Shown: positions 8,928 through 17,581 of the stretch, piece after piece
Position numbering within the stretch: position 1 is the first letter of the stretch
Layout: each line of letters starts with the position of its first letter
Translations under genes and position numbers: made by a program
DNA from: Ruminococcus sp.
GTDB taxonomy: Bacteria > Bacillota > Clostridia > Oscillospirales > Ruminococcaceae
Length of the DNA: 64,000 nucleotides
NCBI GenBank assembly: GCA_017472145.1
Contig: JAFUQX010000063.1
Span: forward strand, 4,626 to 68,625
Direction of reading: 5' to 3'
The notes under the pieces: model-generated
Seen by the model: the letters and a program-made list of their open reading frames with translations, nothing else
Database searches by the model: none
What the model was told of the DNA's origin: nothing

Positions 8928-11702
8928 ATGAGACGATTTAAGAAAGCGGCAGCAGCAGTTACCGCAACGGCTATGGCCTTTTGTGCAATTCCGTCTGTTT
9001 CCTACAGCAATGCAGCAGAGGCAGCTGACAGCCTGCTTACCCGTGATGTGTGGTGTGCCAACGAGGATGTCAATCGATGGGAGTCGGAGCATTTCCAGTT
9101 CATCTGGGGTAAAAATGGAGCGGATTCCAGTCAGATCACCCAGGATTTCCTTGAAGAAAATGCAAAGCACATGGAAGCGTGCTGGGATGTATACATGAAC
9201 GAGCTTTCCATGGAGCCGCCGACCCAGTCGGTGAATCTTTCCCTTCGTGACGGAAATGAATATAAGGTGAATATCTATCTTTCCGGTACTGGTCTCAGCC
9301 CTTTTTCGGATGACTGGGCGTATATGGGTTATGATAGTGAAGGCTATGCCTTTATGTTCTGCTGCGTGGGTGCTATGCAGAATTCGCCGAATCCGTCATG
9401 GGTACTTCCCCACGAGTTTGGTCATGTTGTAACTGCCCATCAGCTTGGCTGGAATGATAATAAATATGTACAGGCCTGGTGGGAGTCTATTGGCAACTGG
9501 TATCGTGAGCAGTTCCTGTATTCTGATTACTACAGTCAGTGGGTGAGTGATCCGGCCGGCGGAACAGATTATTTTGAGACCTATATGAAGAATCTCTGTT
9601 TTACGCCGATCCTGGGCAGAGATAATTATGCATCATGGGCTTTTCTTCAGTATCTTACAGAAAACCCGGACGATCTGGAAGGCTATGGCAGTGATTTCAT
9701 AAAAAATCTCATGCAGCAGGGACAGAAGGATGAGTATCCTTATCTGGAGATTGAGCGGCTTTCCGGTGCAGATCTGAAGGATACGCTGGGGCACTATGCA
9801 AAGCGTATGGCAACACTGGATCTGGAGATGCAGGAGCGTTATCAGGCCCGGCAGAATGAGCTTCTTGCACGGGGTGAATGGAACTGGGGTGAGATCTACA
9901 CCCTTCTGGAAAAGAGTACAGATGCAGAGAATTACTACACTGTACCTACAGAGCGTGCGCCGCAGCAGATGGGTCTGAACATTATTCCGCTGGAGGTCAC
10001 CGGAAGCAGTGTGACAGTCAGCCTGGAGGGCCTTACAGATATAGATGGTGCAGACTGGCGTGCCTGCATTGCCATTGAGCAGCAGGACGGCCAGACCAGA
10101 TATTCTGATTTGTTTGCAAGCGGCGGCTCTGCGACGATGGCATTTGACAGCGCAGTGGATGCGGCAGCCTATCTGACGGTTACTGCAACGCCGGATACAG
10201 ACACGCTGATCCAGGTCGGTGTTCCGTGGGCTTATTCCGAGGGCGAATTTGACGAGAACAATTATCCCTTCCTGAGCAAGGCCCGTTACCCTTATGCGGT
10301 TACCATAGACGGAGCAGATCTCAAGCAGGGGCAGAGTATTGATACACAATATGGCAGCTATCACGCCAATGGCGGCGGTTTTGTAGCTTCTACAGCAAGC
10401 GTGGATGCTTCTGTATATGTAGGTAAGGATGCAAAGGTTCTGGGCTATGCAACCGTTACCGGAAATGCTGTAGTCGATGGCCATGCTATTGTAACCGGAA
10501 GCGCAAAGGTTTCCGGAAATGCGGTGATTACAGGCCATGCAGTAGTTGCAGAGAGCGCATCGGTTACCGACAATGCCATTGTCGGGGATTATGCCAGCGT
10601 CATGGGAAATGCAGTTGTTTCGGAAAATGCAAGAGTGCTGGAAAGCGGTCTTGTTTATGATAACTATAAGGTCAGCGGTCATGCGACCGTCAAGGGTGTT
10701 GCATTCTGTATGGTGAATGGTGCGGCCAATAATCAGGCTATGCCCGACGGCGATTACTACGATGATTCCAGCCGAACCATTTCAGCCGGTTCTGTCTATG
10801 GCTGGACCAGTCCGGACAGCTATGTAAACAGCAGAACCTATTCGGACGGACAGTATGCAGGTCTTGAATTTACCGAGGACAGCTCCAGTATTGCAGCAGA
10901 TACCTATACCTCCACCTATGGTGCTGTAAAGGGAAGCCCGGTGTGGGAAGCAGCCCGTACCAGCGGCACCGGTGTACTGACCTTCAGCGGCGATGAGAGT
11001 CAGTATGTGATTGCAGACAGCTCCTATGCCGCTCTGCACGATGCAGATTATCAAACGGCTGTGCTTCTGCGTGACAATACAGCCAACACCATTTTCCGTT
11101 TTGGCAGCGATGAGAAGTATATGTCTCTGACAGCAGAAAACGGCAGTCTCCTGTTTGAAATAGAGGACGGCACAGGTGTGCAGTCTGTTTCAGCAGAAAA
11201 TGCCTACAAGATCGGCGAGTGGGTAACGGTCAGTGTAATTCTTACAGGGGATACAGCAAAGCTTGCAGTAAATGGCCAGTCCGTTGCCAGTGCATCCGTT
11301 ACAGCAGACCCGGTGGATATTTTATCGGATGATGCTGTATATCTCATTGCGGACGGTATGAATGGCTCTATGGATTTCTTCCGTGTAAACTTCAAGGAGG
11401 TTACCGAGCCGCAGTATTACTACACAGAAACAGAGGAGATTACCGATCCGGAGCAGCCGGCCGGGCAGGTTTTTACCGGCGATGTAAACATGGATGCGAA
11501 GGTGAATGTATTTGACCTGGCCATTATGAAGCAGATCGCAGCCGCTCCTGAGCTGGCTGATTCCAATATGCTCAAGGCTGCTGCGGATACAAATGGAGAC
11601 AAGACGATCAGTCTCCTGGATGCAGTCACTCTTCAGAAATATCTGGTGTGTGAAATCAGCGAGTTTCCGGCTGGGGCGATCGTAGAATATTATGATGAAT
11701 AA
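8928..11702 (+). CDS. Secreted dockerin-containing protein: HEXXH domain + beta-helix repeats + LamG-like domain
   Basis: Signal peptide MRRFKKAAAAVTATAMAFCA. HEFGH motif (WVLPHEFGHVV). Hexapeptide-like repeats (GNAVVDGHAIVTGSAKVSGNAVITGHAVVAES...). C-terminal dockerin (GDVNMDAKVNVFDLAIMK ... DTNGDKTISLLDAVTLQKYL). Confidence 0.8.
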   Translation: MRRFKKAAAAVTATAMAFCAIPSVSYSNAAEAADSLLTRDVWCANEDVNRWESEHFQFIWGKNGADSSQITQDFLEENAKHMEACWDVYMNELSMEPPTQSVNLSLRDGNEYKVNIYLSGTGLSPFSDDWAYMGYDSEGYAFMFCCVGAMQNSPNPSWVLPHEFGHVVTAHQLGWNDNKYVQAWWESIGNWYREQFLYSDYYSQWVSDPAGGTDYFETYMKNLCFTPILGRDNYASWAFLQYLTENPDDLEGYGSDFIKNLMQQGQKDEYPYLEIERLSGADLKDTLGHYAKRMATLDLEMQERYQARQNELLARGEWNWGEIYTLLEKSTDAENYYTVPTERAPQQMGLNIIPLEVTGSSVTVSLEGLTDIDGADWRACIAIEQQDGQTRYSDLFASGGSATMAFDSAVDAAAYLTVTATPDTDTLIQVGVPWAYSEGEFDENNYPFLSKARYPYAVTIDGADLKQGQSIDTQYGSYHANGGGFVASTASVDASVYVGKDAKVLGYATVTGNAVVDGHAIVTGSAKVSGNAVITGHAVVAESASVTDNAIVGDYASVMGNAVVSENARVLESGLVYDNYKVSGHATVKGVAFCMVNGAANNQAMPDGDYYDDSSRTISAGSVYGWTSPDSYVNSRTYSDGQYAGLEFTEDSSSIAADTYTSTYGAVKGSPVWEAARTSGTGVLTFSGDESQYVIADSSYAALHDADYQTAVLLRDNTANTIFRFGSDEKYMSLTAENGSLLFEIEDGTGVQSVSAENAYKIGEWVTVSVILTGDTAKLAVNGQSVASASVTADPVDILSDDAVYLIADGMNGSMDFFRVNFKEVTEPQYYYTETEEITDPEQPAGQVFTGDVNMDAKVNVFDLAIMKQIAAAPELADSNMLKAAADTNGDKTISLLDAVTLQKYLVCEISEFPAGAIVEYYDE

Positions 11703-11704
11703 CT

Positions 11705-11745
11705 AAAAAATGGCTGCCGTAAAATCAGGTTACGGCAGCCATTTC
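11705..11745. terminator. Bidirectional terminator between convergent genes
   Basis: 13-bp stem ATGGCTGCCGTAA / TTACGGCAGCCAT flanked by an A-run and a T-run. Confidence 0.65.
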
Positions 11746-11766
11746 TGGTATAGCGTTCTATGTAAG

Positions 11767-12675
11767 TCACTCAGGGAACTGAACATGTCCCTGCTGAATT
11801 TCATCCGGCGTAAGGGGAATGTTTTCATCCACGATTACAGAGCCATATATGTCCGTTATACGGAAGGTGAACGGCCCGGCTCCCATGTTGTCACTTTCAA
11901 AATAATTGTAGTGCCGTCTGGGCAACTCTACGAAATTTCCGGAAGCGTCGAGATATTCCAGCTTTGCGATGGGATAGCGATGGTTGCGTACCTGCACACC
12001 GCACCAGAATGCACTGCTTCCCTCCTTGTATTTATAGGATACCGGAGCATTTTCAGCGCTGTCCAGGGGAATGATCTTCCATGTAACGGGGACCTTTCCT
12101 TTTTCAGCAGGAGCGATTAGCGGAAATGCGTCTACATACAGATCCAGGTCTCCCTTCTGTCCTTCGGGGAGCAGGTCTGTTACAAGCACATGAATCGTTC
12201 CCAGCTCACCAGTAACCTCAAGATAGGCCCCGGCCAGCTGAGCATTGTTATAGTCCACAATGTTCATAGCCGTGATCCAGTAGTCCTCCTTGGAGATGGG
12301 GTCGAGCATGGCGCATCCTCCCTCATAGCCCCCTCCGTAGAAGGTTGCATAGCCGCTGTGGACCATTCCCTTTTCCTCGAGGATCTCCCCGCTTTGTACC
12401 GGGGTGGAGGCCTGCATTTTCAGGGCGCACAGGTCAAAGATATTCACACTTCCATCTGTAATGATATCCGCATCAGAAAGGATATCAGAGGGAAGGCCCC
12501 CGATCCCTGCAAGATGACTTTGCAGGAGAGCCGCATCTGATGCAGAGATCATGCCCTCTCCGCTGAGATCGCCCGTCAGCTCGGCCGTGTCAGCAGGAAA
12601 GGGACGCATCAGTACAGAAATGCCTGCGGCCGCAGAAAGAACAGAGACGATTTTTATTGTAAAGCTTTTTTTCAT
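11767..12675 (-). CDS. Dockerin-fused bacterial expansin (EXLX1/YoaJ-like)
   Basis: Signal peptide and N-terminal dockerin (GDLSGEGMISASDAALLQ...DGSVNIFDLCALK). The rest is colinear with B. subtilis EXLX1 as I recall it: GYATFYGGGY..GGC, TDLLPEG, YKEGSS.FW..VQVRNHRYP, ending GHVQFPE. Confidence 0.85.
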   Translation of the reverse strand: MKKSFTIKIVSVLSAAAGISVLMRPFPADTAELTGDLSGEGMISASDAALLQSHLAGIGGLPSDILSDADIITDGSVNIFDLCALKMQASTPVQSGEILEEKGMVHSGYATFYGGGYEGGCAMLDPISKEDYWITAMNIVDYNNAQLAGAYLEVTGELGTIHVLVTDLLPEGQKGDLDLYVDAFPLIAPAEKGKVPVTWKIIPLDSAENAPVSYKYKEGSSAFWCGVQVRNHRYPIAKLEYLDASGNFVELPRRHYNYFESDNMGAGPFTFRITDIYGSVIVDENIPLTPDEIQQGHVQFPE

Positions 12676-12773
12676 GGATTTATCTCCTTCAGAAAAATGG
12701 GCGGGCACCATCCGCCAATACATTTATTTTACAGTGGAGCTGTACAGATGTCAAGCATATTCGGGATCTTTAC

Positions 12774-12807
12774 AAAAAAATACCGCCTGCAATAAGTACA
12801 GGCGGTA
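12774..12807 (-). terminator. Intrinsic terminator of the NRPS-like operon
   Basis: Stem TACCGCCTG / CAGGCGGTA with a 7-T run on the minus strand. Confidence 0.6.
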
Positions 12808-12826
12808 AAACACAGAGTATTCTCAA

Positions 12827-14383
12827 TCAGGAGCAGAGCGCACCCTTCTGGGGCTGTGCTCTCTTGATCTTCTTGGATGTGGTCTTGTCGAATTCCACAT
12901 CACGGATGCGCAGGCGACGGATCGCCTTTGCGCCGGATACGGTCTTGTTCACCTTCTGGATATGCGCCATGCACAGTTTCTGTACCTCATCAGCAGAAAG
13001 GCCTGCTTCAGGGTTGGGGAAGATTTCAGCAGTGATCTGACCTTCCTCCGCATATACCAGGATCTCGCTGAGCCAGTCCAGACCGGCAAATTTATTTTCC
13101 AGTTCCTCAGGAGAAACATTCTCTCCATTGCTCAGGATGATGAGATTCTTCTTTCGTCCGGTAATGTGTACACGATTTCTCTCGTCCACATATCCCAGGT
13201 CACCTGTCATGAGCCAGCCATCCTCAGTGAGGGCCGCTGCGGTTGCTTCTGCATCCTTGTAGTAGCCCATCATAACAGAGGGGCTTTTTGCCCAGATCTC
13301 GCCGTCTTCGATTTTTACCGTGCAGCCGTTTACGATCACGCCTACATCTCCCCGGCATTCATTTTCCCAAACACCGGTTGTAATTCTGGGAGAGCACTCT
13401 GTCATGCCATAGCCCTGTGCGATCGGGATGCCCAGCTCGGCATAGGCTTTGGCCAGCTCCGGATTGAGATAGGCGCCGCCGCTGTAGATACCGCGAAGAT
13501 TTTTGCCGAATACCCCTCTTGCAATTGCAGCAAGAGGAATATCGGGCATGGAAGCCGCTGCGGCCTGGATCTTCTTGTAGATGGTTTCTGCGATCATAGG
13601 CACGAGCAGGATGATAGACGGCTCATAACGCTTGAGGTTCTGTGCAATATGCATCATGGAGTCATTTACGCACACGGTGTTGCCATAGCGCAGGGACAGC
13701 AGGATGTCACAGGTAAAGCAGTAAACATGATGGATGGGCAGAACGGTGAGTGTAACATCTTCAGGCGTGCTTTCATTATCCTGACACATCGTATTATCGA
13801 TGAGGTTTGCATGAGAAAGCATAACGCCCTTGCTCTTTCCGGTTGTTCCGGATGTGTAGAGAATAGCAGCGCAGGTGGCGGGATCGATTTCAGGGAGTGC
13901 CTCCAGGGGAGCGGTTTCCTTCAGAATTGTCGGCAGGAAGCATACATCCTCCTGTTTCGGGTCATCCTGCATGCAGATGTATGTATGGATCTCCGGACAG
14001 CTTTCCTTTACAACCGGGATCATCGGGGCATAACGCTTGTCATAGAAGAACACCTTGGAATCGGAGCGCTGCAGGTGATCACAAAGATCCTCCACGCCCA
14101 TCTGTGCGTCCAGAGGAACGATTATATTCCCGCCTATTACGCTGCCGAAGTAGGCCGTGAGATAAGCAGAGCTTGTCAGACCGATCACAGCGCAGTGAAG
14201 CTTTTCACTGCGTCCCTTTTCCTTCAGGAAGGCCGCGGTTCTCTTACAGTTTTCCAGCAGCTGTGCAAAGGTGGTCACTTTGTCCTCCTGGCCGGCCCGT
14301 TCCTTCATAAAGGTCGTATCTCCATAGCAGACAGCGGACTGGATGATGAGATCCTGAAGCGTTTTTACATTTGCCTTTTCCAT
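12827..14383 (-). CDS. AMP-dependent acyl ligase (FadD/fatty-acyl-AMP-ligase-like)
   Basis: Adenylate-forming motifs YTSGTTGKSKGVMLSH, GYGMTEC, GDLGYVDERNRVHITGRKKNLIILSNGENVSPEE. Confidence 0.9.
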   Translation of the reverse strand: MEKANVKTLQDLIIQSAVCYGDTTFMKERAGQEDKVTTFAQLLENCKRTAAFLKEKGRSEKLHCAVIGLTSSAYLTAYFGSVIGGNIIVPLDAQMGVEDLCDHLQRSDSKVFFYDKRYAPMIPVVKESCPEIHTYICMQDDPKQEDVCFLPTILKETAPLEALPEIDPATCAAILYTSGTTGKSKGVMLSHANLIDNTMCQDNESTPEDVTLTVLPIHHVYCFTCDILLSLRYGNTVCVNDSMMHIAQNLKRYEPSIILLVPMIAETIYKKIQAAAASMPDIPLAAIARGVFGKNLRGIYSGGAYLNPELAKAYAELGIPIAQGYGMTECSPRITTGVWENECRGDVGVIVNGCTVKIEDGEIWAKSPSVMMGYYKDAEATAAALTEDGWLMTGDLGYVDERNRVHITGRKKNLIILSNGENVSPEELENKFAGLDWLSEILVYAEEGQITAEIFPNPEAGLSADEVQKLCMAHIQKVNKTVSGAKAIRRLRIRDVEFDKTTSKKIKRAQPQKGALCS

Positions 14384-14398
14384 TATAGTGCCTCCTGC

Positions 14399-14629
14399 TT
14401 ATGCGTTCTTAAGCGCTTCCAGATAGGCGATGGCCTTGCCTACCGTATCCAGCTCCAGAATGTCCTGCTCGTCCACTGTTACCTCCAGCAGCTCCTCTAC
14501 TTCGCCCAGAAAGCTCATGAAGTCGTAGGAGTTGAAGTGCAGGTCTTCAATGAACCGGGAATCCGGTGTAATATCCTCCGGTTCTACCTCCACATATTCG
14601 CAAATAATCGGTTTCAGCTGATCCAACAT
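14399..14629 (-). CDS. Acyl/peptidyl carrier protein
   Basis: 76 aa, acidic, four-helix pattern. Candidate phosphopantetheine Ser in DLHFNSYDFMSF. Confidence 0.8.
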   Translation of the reverse strand: MLDQLKPIICEYVEVEPEDITPDSRFIEDLHFNSYDFMSFLGEVEELLEVTVDEQDILELDTVGKAIAYLEALKNA

Positions 14630-14661
14630 AGTAATATCCTCCTTAAATTATATATATCTGG

Positions 14662-16071
14662 TTAAATGATATCCAGAATTTCACCGATGGTACGATCACT
14701 GTTTTCAATTCCACGGAACAGTACCCGGCAGAGATAGTAGTACAGGTACTCCATCTCATAATCGGTAACCGCATCCTTGCGGTATTCAAAGTTAAAGTTC
14801 AGACCGCCGTCCTCAACACGGTGCATCACGGTCAGATAGAGGGGCTGTGCAGCCACTCCGTTTGTGTACCACATGGTCTTGTACGGGATGTCCGGAATAT
14901 TATCTGCATCCTGCTTCAGCGTCATAGGCTGGTAGGTCAGGCTGATGCTCTCATAGCTTGCGCCGGGTGTGAGCTTCCAGTAACGATTCCGCTGGAACGT
15001 ATGGGCGATGGAGTCATAGTTTGCGTGGCGGAAGATCTTGTTCTGCTCCTCCTGCATCATACGCAGACCATCCATAAAGGTCATTTCCGGCTCCATGATG
15101 GTGCGCAGCGGGAAGAAGTGAATTCTTGTGCCGCCGCTTTTCTTTTCCAGGAGTGTGCCTCGTCTGGCCACGCAGCTCTTGATGGAGACATCTTTTTCGT
15201 TGCCGTTGAACTTGGAGAGAACGGTGCGCAGACCCATGAGCAGGAGACTTGCCATGGGAACACGTTTTTCTTCACAGAACTTCATAAGCCGTTCAGAAGG
15301 CTCTTTTTCCAGCTGGAAAACAGAGATAGAAGCCTCCGGGCTGACAGAGGTGACCTTTGCACTTCTCTGCTCCGGATTATGATTTTCGATACGCTGACGG
15401 ATCAGCCGGCCCATACCATTGAAATCAGTATACATCGGCTCGCTCTTTTCAATTTCTGCCTTCCAGAAGGCTGCATCCTTCTTCTGAGCAGGAGAGCCTG
15501 CTTCATAGGCCAGATCTTTTTCCAGAGCCTTGATATAGGACTGCATGGGCTTGGGGTAGGCCATATCATATTTCTTGGCACAGTAGATCTCCAGAATATC
15601 ACGGATAAAGGTGATGATGGAGCTGGAGTCCATGGTCATATGATCTACCTTCATATAAATGCCGTTGTAGCCGTCCGGCAGGCTGATCATAACGATACGG
15701 CTCATAGGGGAATGAAAACGCTTGAAGGGAACGGCTGTCCATCTGCGCATTTCATCGTGAGCATCCTCCTCTTTCCAGTGGGAGAAGTCATAATACTCAA
15801 TATCGCGCTCTTCAAAGGGGACAAGATACTGATAGACTGTATCATCTGTATCCTTCAGAAAACGCAGGCGCATGGATTCAAACCGCTGATAGGATTCGTA
15901 GATGGCTTCCTTCAGCAGGGAGAAGTCCGTTTCCATCTGGATATAGAAGCCGGTTCCGATATTCAGCAGCTGGTGGTAGGGGCAGTGCATGGTGGAGTAA
16001 TTGTGAATGCGCTGGGCCGCTGTCAGAGGATAGCATTGCAGAGTAACACCGTTTACCTGAAATTCCTTCAT
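14662..16071 (-). CDS. Free-standing condensation (C) domain protein
   Basis: 469 aa. Variant of the HHxxxDG active site: VDHMTMDSSS. Size and layout are typical of an NRPS C-domain. Confidence 0.75.
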   Translation of the reverse strand: MKEFQVNGVTLQCYPLTAAQRIHNYSTMHCPYHQLLNIGTGFYIQMETDFSLLKEAIYESYQRFESMRLRFLKDTDDTVYQYLVPFEERDIEYYDFSHWKEEDAHDEMRRWTAVPFKRFHSPMSRIVMISLPDGYNGIYMKVDHMTMDSSSIITFIRDILEIYCAKKYDMAYPKPMQSYIKALEKDLAYEAGSPAQKKDAAFWKAEIEKSEPMYTDFNGMGRLIRQRIENHNPEQRSAKVTSVSPEASISVFQLEKEPSERLMKFCEEKRVPMASLLLMGLRTVLSKFNGNEKDVSIKSCVARRGTLLEKKSGGTRIHFFPLRTIMEPEMTFMDGLRMMQEEQNKIFRHANYDSIAHTFQRNRYWKLTPGASYESISLTYQPMTLKQDADNIPDIPYKTMWYTNGVAAQPLYLTVMHRVEDGGLNFNFEYRKDAVTDYEMEYLYYYLCRVLFRGIENSDRTIGEILDII

Positions 16072-16086
16072 GTTATATCACTCCTT

Positions 16087-17055
16087 TTACTTTCTGGGAA
16101 TCCACTTTTCTGCAAAGGCAGATACCGCTTCTTCATACTGTTTTTGATTTTCGTAGTAGCTTGCACCATGACCGGCCTTCTTCACAATAACCTTTTCCTT
16201 AGGTGAAGCACAGGCCTCAAAGTTCTGATTGGTCATCCATACAGGTACGAAATTATCTTTCTCGCCATGGATCAGCAGAACCGGACGATCCGTTGTCTTG
16301 AGCGCAGTCAAGGTAGAATAGTCACGGAATCGGTATCCGGCCTTCTTCTGACTGAGTATATCGCAGAAATTCATCATGGGGAAGGGCTGCATCTTGTAGT
16401 CCCGCTTTACGACATGCGCAAATACATCATAGGGGGAGGTAAAGGCACAGTCTGAAACAGCACCCTTTACCTGCTTGGGGAGGTTTTCAAAGCCCAGCGT
16501 CATAAGAGCTGTGGAAGCGCCCATAGAGATGCCATGGAGCAGGATATCTACATTCTCTCCGAAACGAGCGATTGCATATTCGATCCATTTCAGGCAGTCG
16601 AACCGGTCGAGAATGCCAAAGCCGGCATAGTCGCCCTCACTTGCGCCATGCGCACGATGGTCTACAATAAGCATATCAAAGCCCATGCTCTGATAATACT
16701 GTGCAATGGCGCAGAAATTGCTCAGGCCGTTGCTGGTGTATCCGTGGAGACAGATGACCAGACGCTTCCCCGGCTCTTCACAGGCCAGGTAATGTCCCTT
16801 CAGGGTGATCCCGTCCCGGGCGGTAACCTGGACAGCCTCCAACGGTTGAGCCATAAGCCATTCCTTAGCCGGATAGATGATCTTTTTATATTCTTCCCAT
16901 GTGGCCTCATCCGCCATTTCCTTCATATCTACACGCAGCTCCTGTTGTCTGGGAATCACGCTGTTAAAGAGCTTTACTGCGCCGCCGAGGGCAGCGCCTG
17001 CGGCCAGAACCACAATTCCGCCGGCCACAGCGCCAGCGATTGCCAATGCACTCAT
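16087..17055 (-). CDS. Membrane-anchored alpha/beta hydrolase
   Basis: N-terminal TM (ALAIAGAVAGGIVVLAAGAALGGAV). Nucleophile elbow GISMGAS. Later GEKDNFV and AGHGAS are candidate Asp/His. Confidence 0.85.
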   Translation of the reverse strand: MSALAIAGAVAGGIVVLAAGAALGGAVKLFNSVIPRQQELRVDMKEMADEATWEEYKKIIYPAKEWLMAQPLEAVQVTARDGITLKGHYLACEEPGKRLVICLHGYTSNGLSNFCAIAQYYQSMGFDMLIVDHRAHGASEGDYAGFGILDRFDCLKWIEYAIARFGENVDILLHGISMGASTALMTLGFENLPKQVKGAVSDCAFTSPYDVFAHVVKRDYKMQPFPMMNFCDILSQKKAGYRFRDYSTLTALKTTDRPVLLIHGEKDNFVPVWMTNQNFEACASPKEKVIVKKAGHGASYYENQKQYEEAVSAFAEKWIPRK

Positions 17056-17141
17056 TTCTTATCACACGCTTTCTTTAATAGATTGACTTTTTAGTAACAC
17101 CGCACAAAATAGACGGATGTCTTTTGTACGATATTACCTTT

Positions 17142-17170
17142 ATTTTACCATATTTCCCAAGTTCAGTCAA
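17142..17170 (-). promoter_or_regulatory. Candidate promoter of the hydrolase-C-ACP-ligase operon
   Basis: Minus strand TTGACT, 17 nt spacer, TAAAAT, with a TGg extended -10. Confidence 0.45.
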
Positions 17171-17499
17171 GGGACGTTCGAATTTTCTTTGGAATTCTCA
17201 AAAAAATAATGGGAGATGATGAGATTCTCTATGTAATTTGATGAGAAAATGCATTCTGAATGGAAGCGGGCTTTGCAATGTTTTTCTATCTCCCGAAAAA
17301 TCGCAAAAAAACAGGTGGTTTGCGCATAAAAAGCTGTGCATGAAATGCAAGAACAAAAACAGCAGCTGTCTATAAAAAGTATATTTCCAGGAACGTGTAT
17401 TTCCGGGACGATCCGACCGCCTTCATGATCAGATATAGACTTTTTTTGTTTGTGAAGGACAATACTGTATTTTGTAGGCAAAAAAATCCCTGCGGATAC

Positions 17500-17528
17500 T
17501 TGCATTACCGGTTCGGCTGTGCTATAAT
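17500..17528 (+). promoter_or_regulatory. Candidate promoter of the xylanase gene
   Basis: TTGCAT, 17 nt spacer, TATAAT. Confidence 0.5.
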
Positions 17529-17581
17529 AAACAATAGTTGGATATTTTCGTGCAAAATAAAAGAGAAAGGCAGTGACATGT

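Noticed and set aside
10380-10690. Periodic nucleotide pattern suggesting a DNA repeat element
   Set aside because: The periodicity is at the protein level, from hexapeptide-like beta-helix repeats inside the 8928-11702 CDS.
12962-16206. Long plus-strand ORFs (567 aa and 461 aa) antisense to the ligase, carrier-protein and condensation-domain genes
   Set aside because: The minus-strand frames carry clear enzyme motifs. The antisense translations are low-complexity (rich in H, L, R and G) with no recognisable domains or RBS. Such mirror ORFs are common in coding DNA of about 50% GC and above.
12827-17055. Interpretation as a dlt (D-alanylation) operon
   Set aside because: No MBOAT (DltB) or DltD homolog is present. 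The ligase looks FadD/FAAL-like rather than DltA-like, and a condensation-domain protein is not part of dlt.
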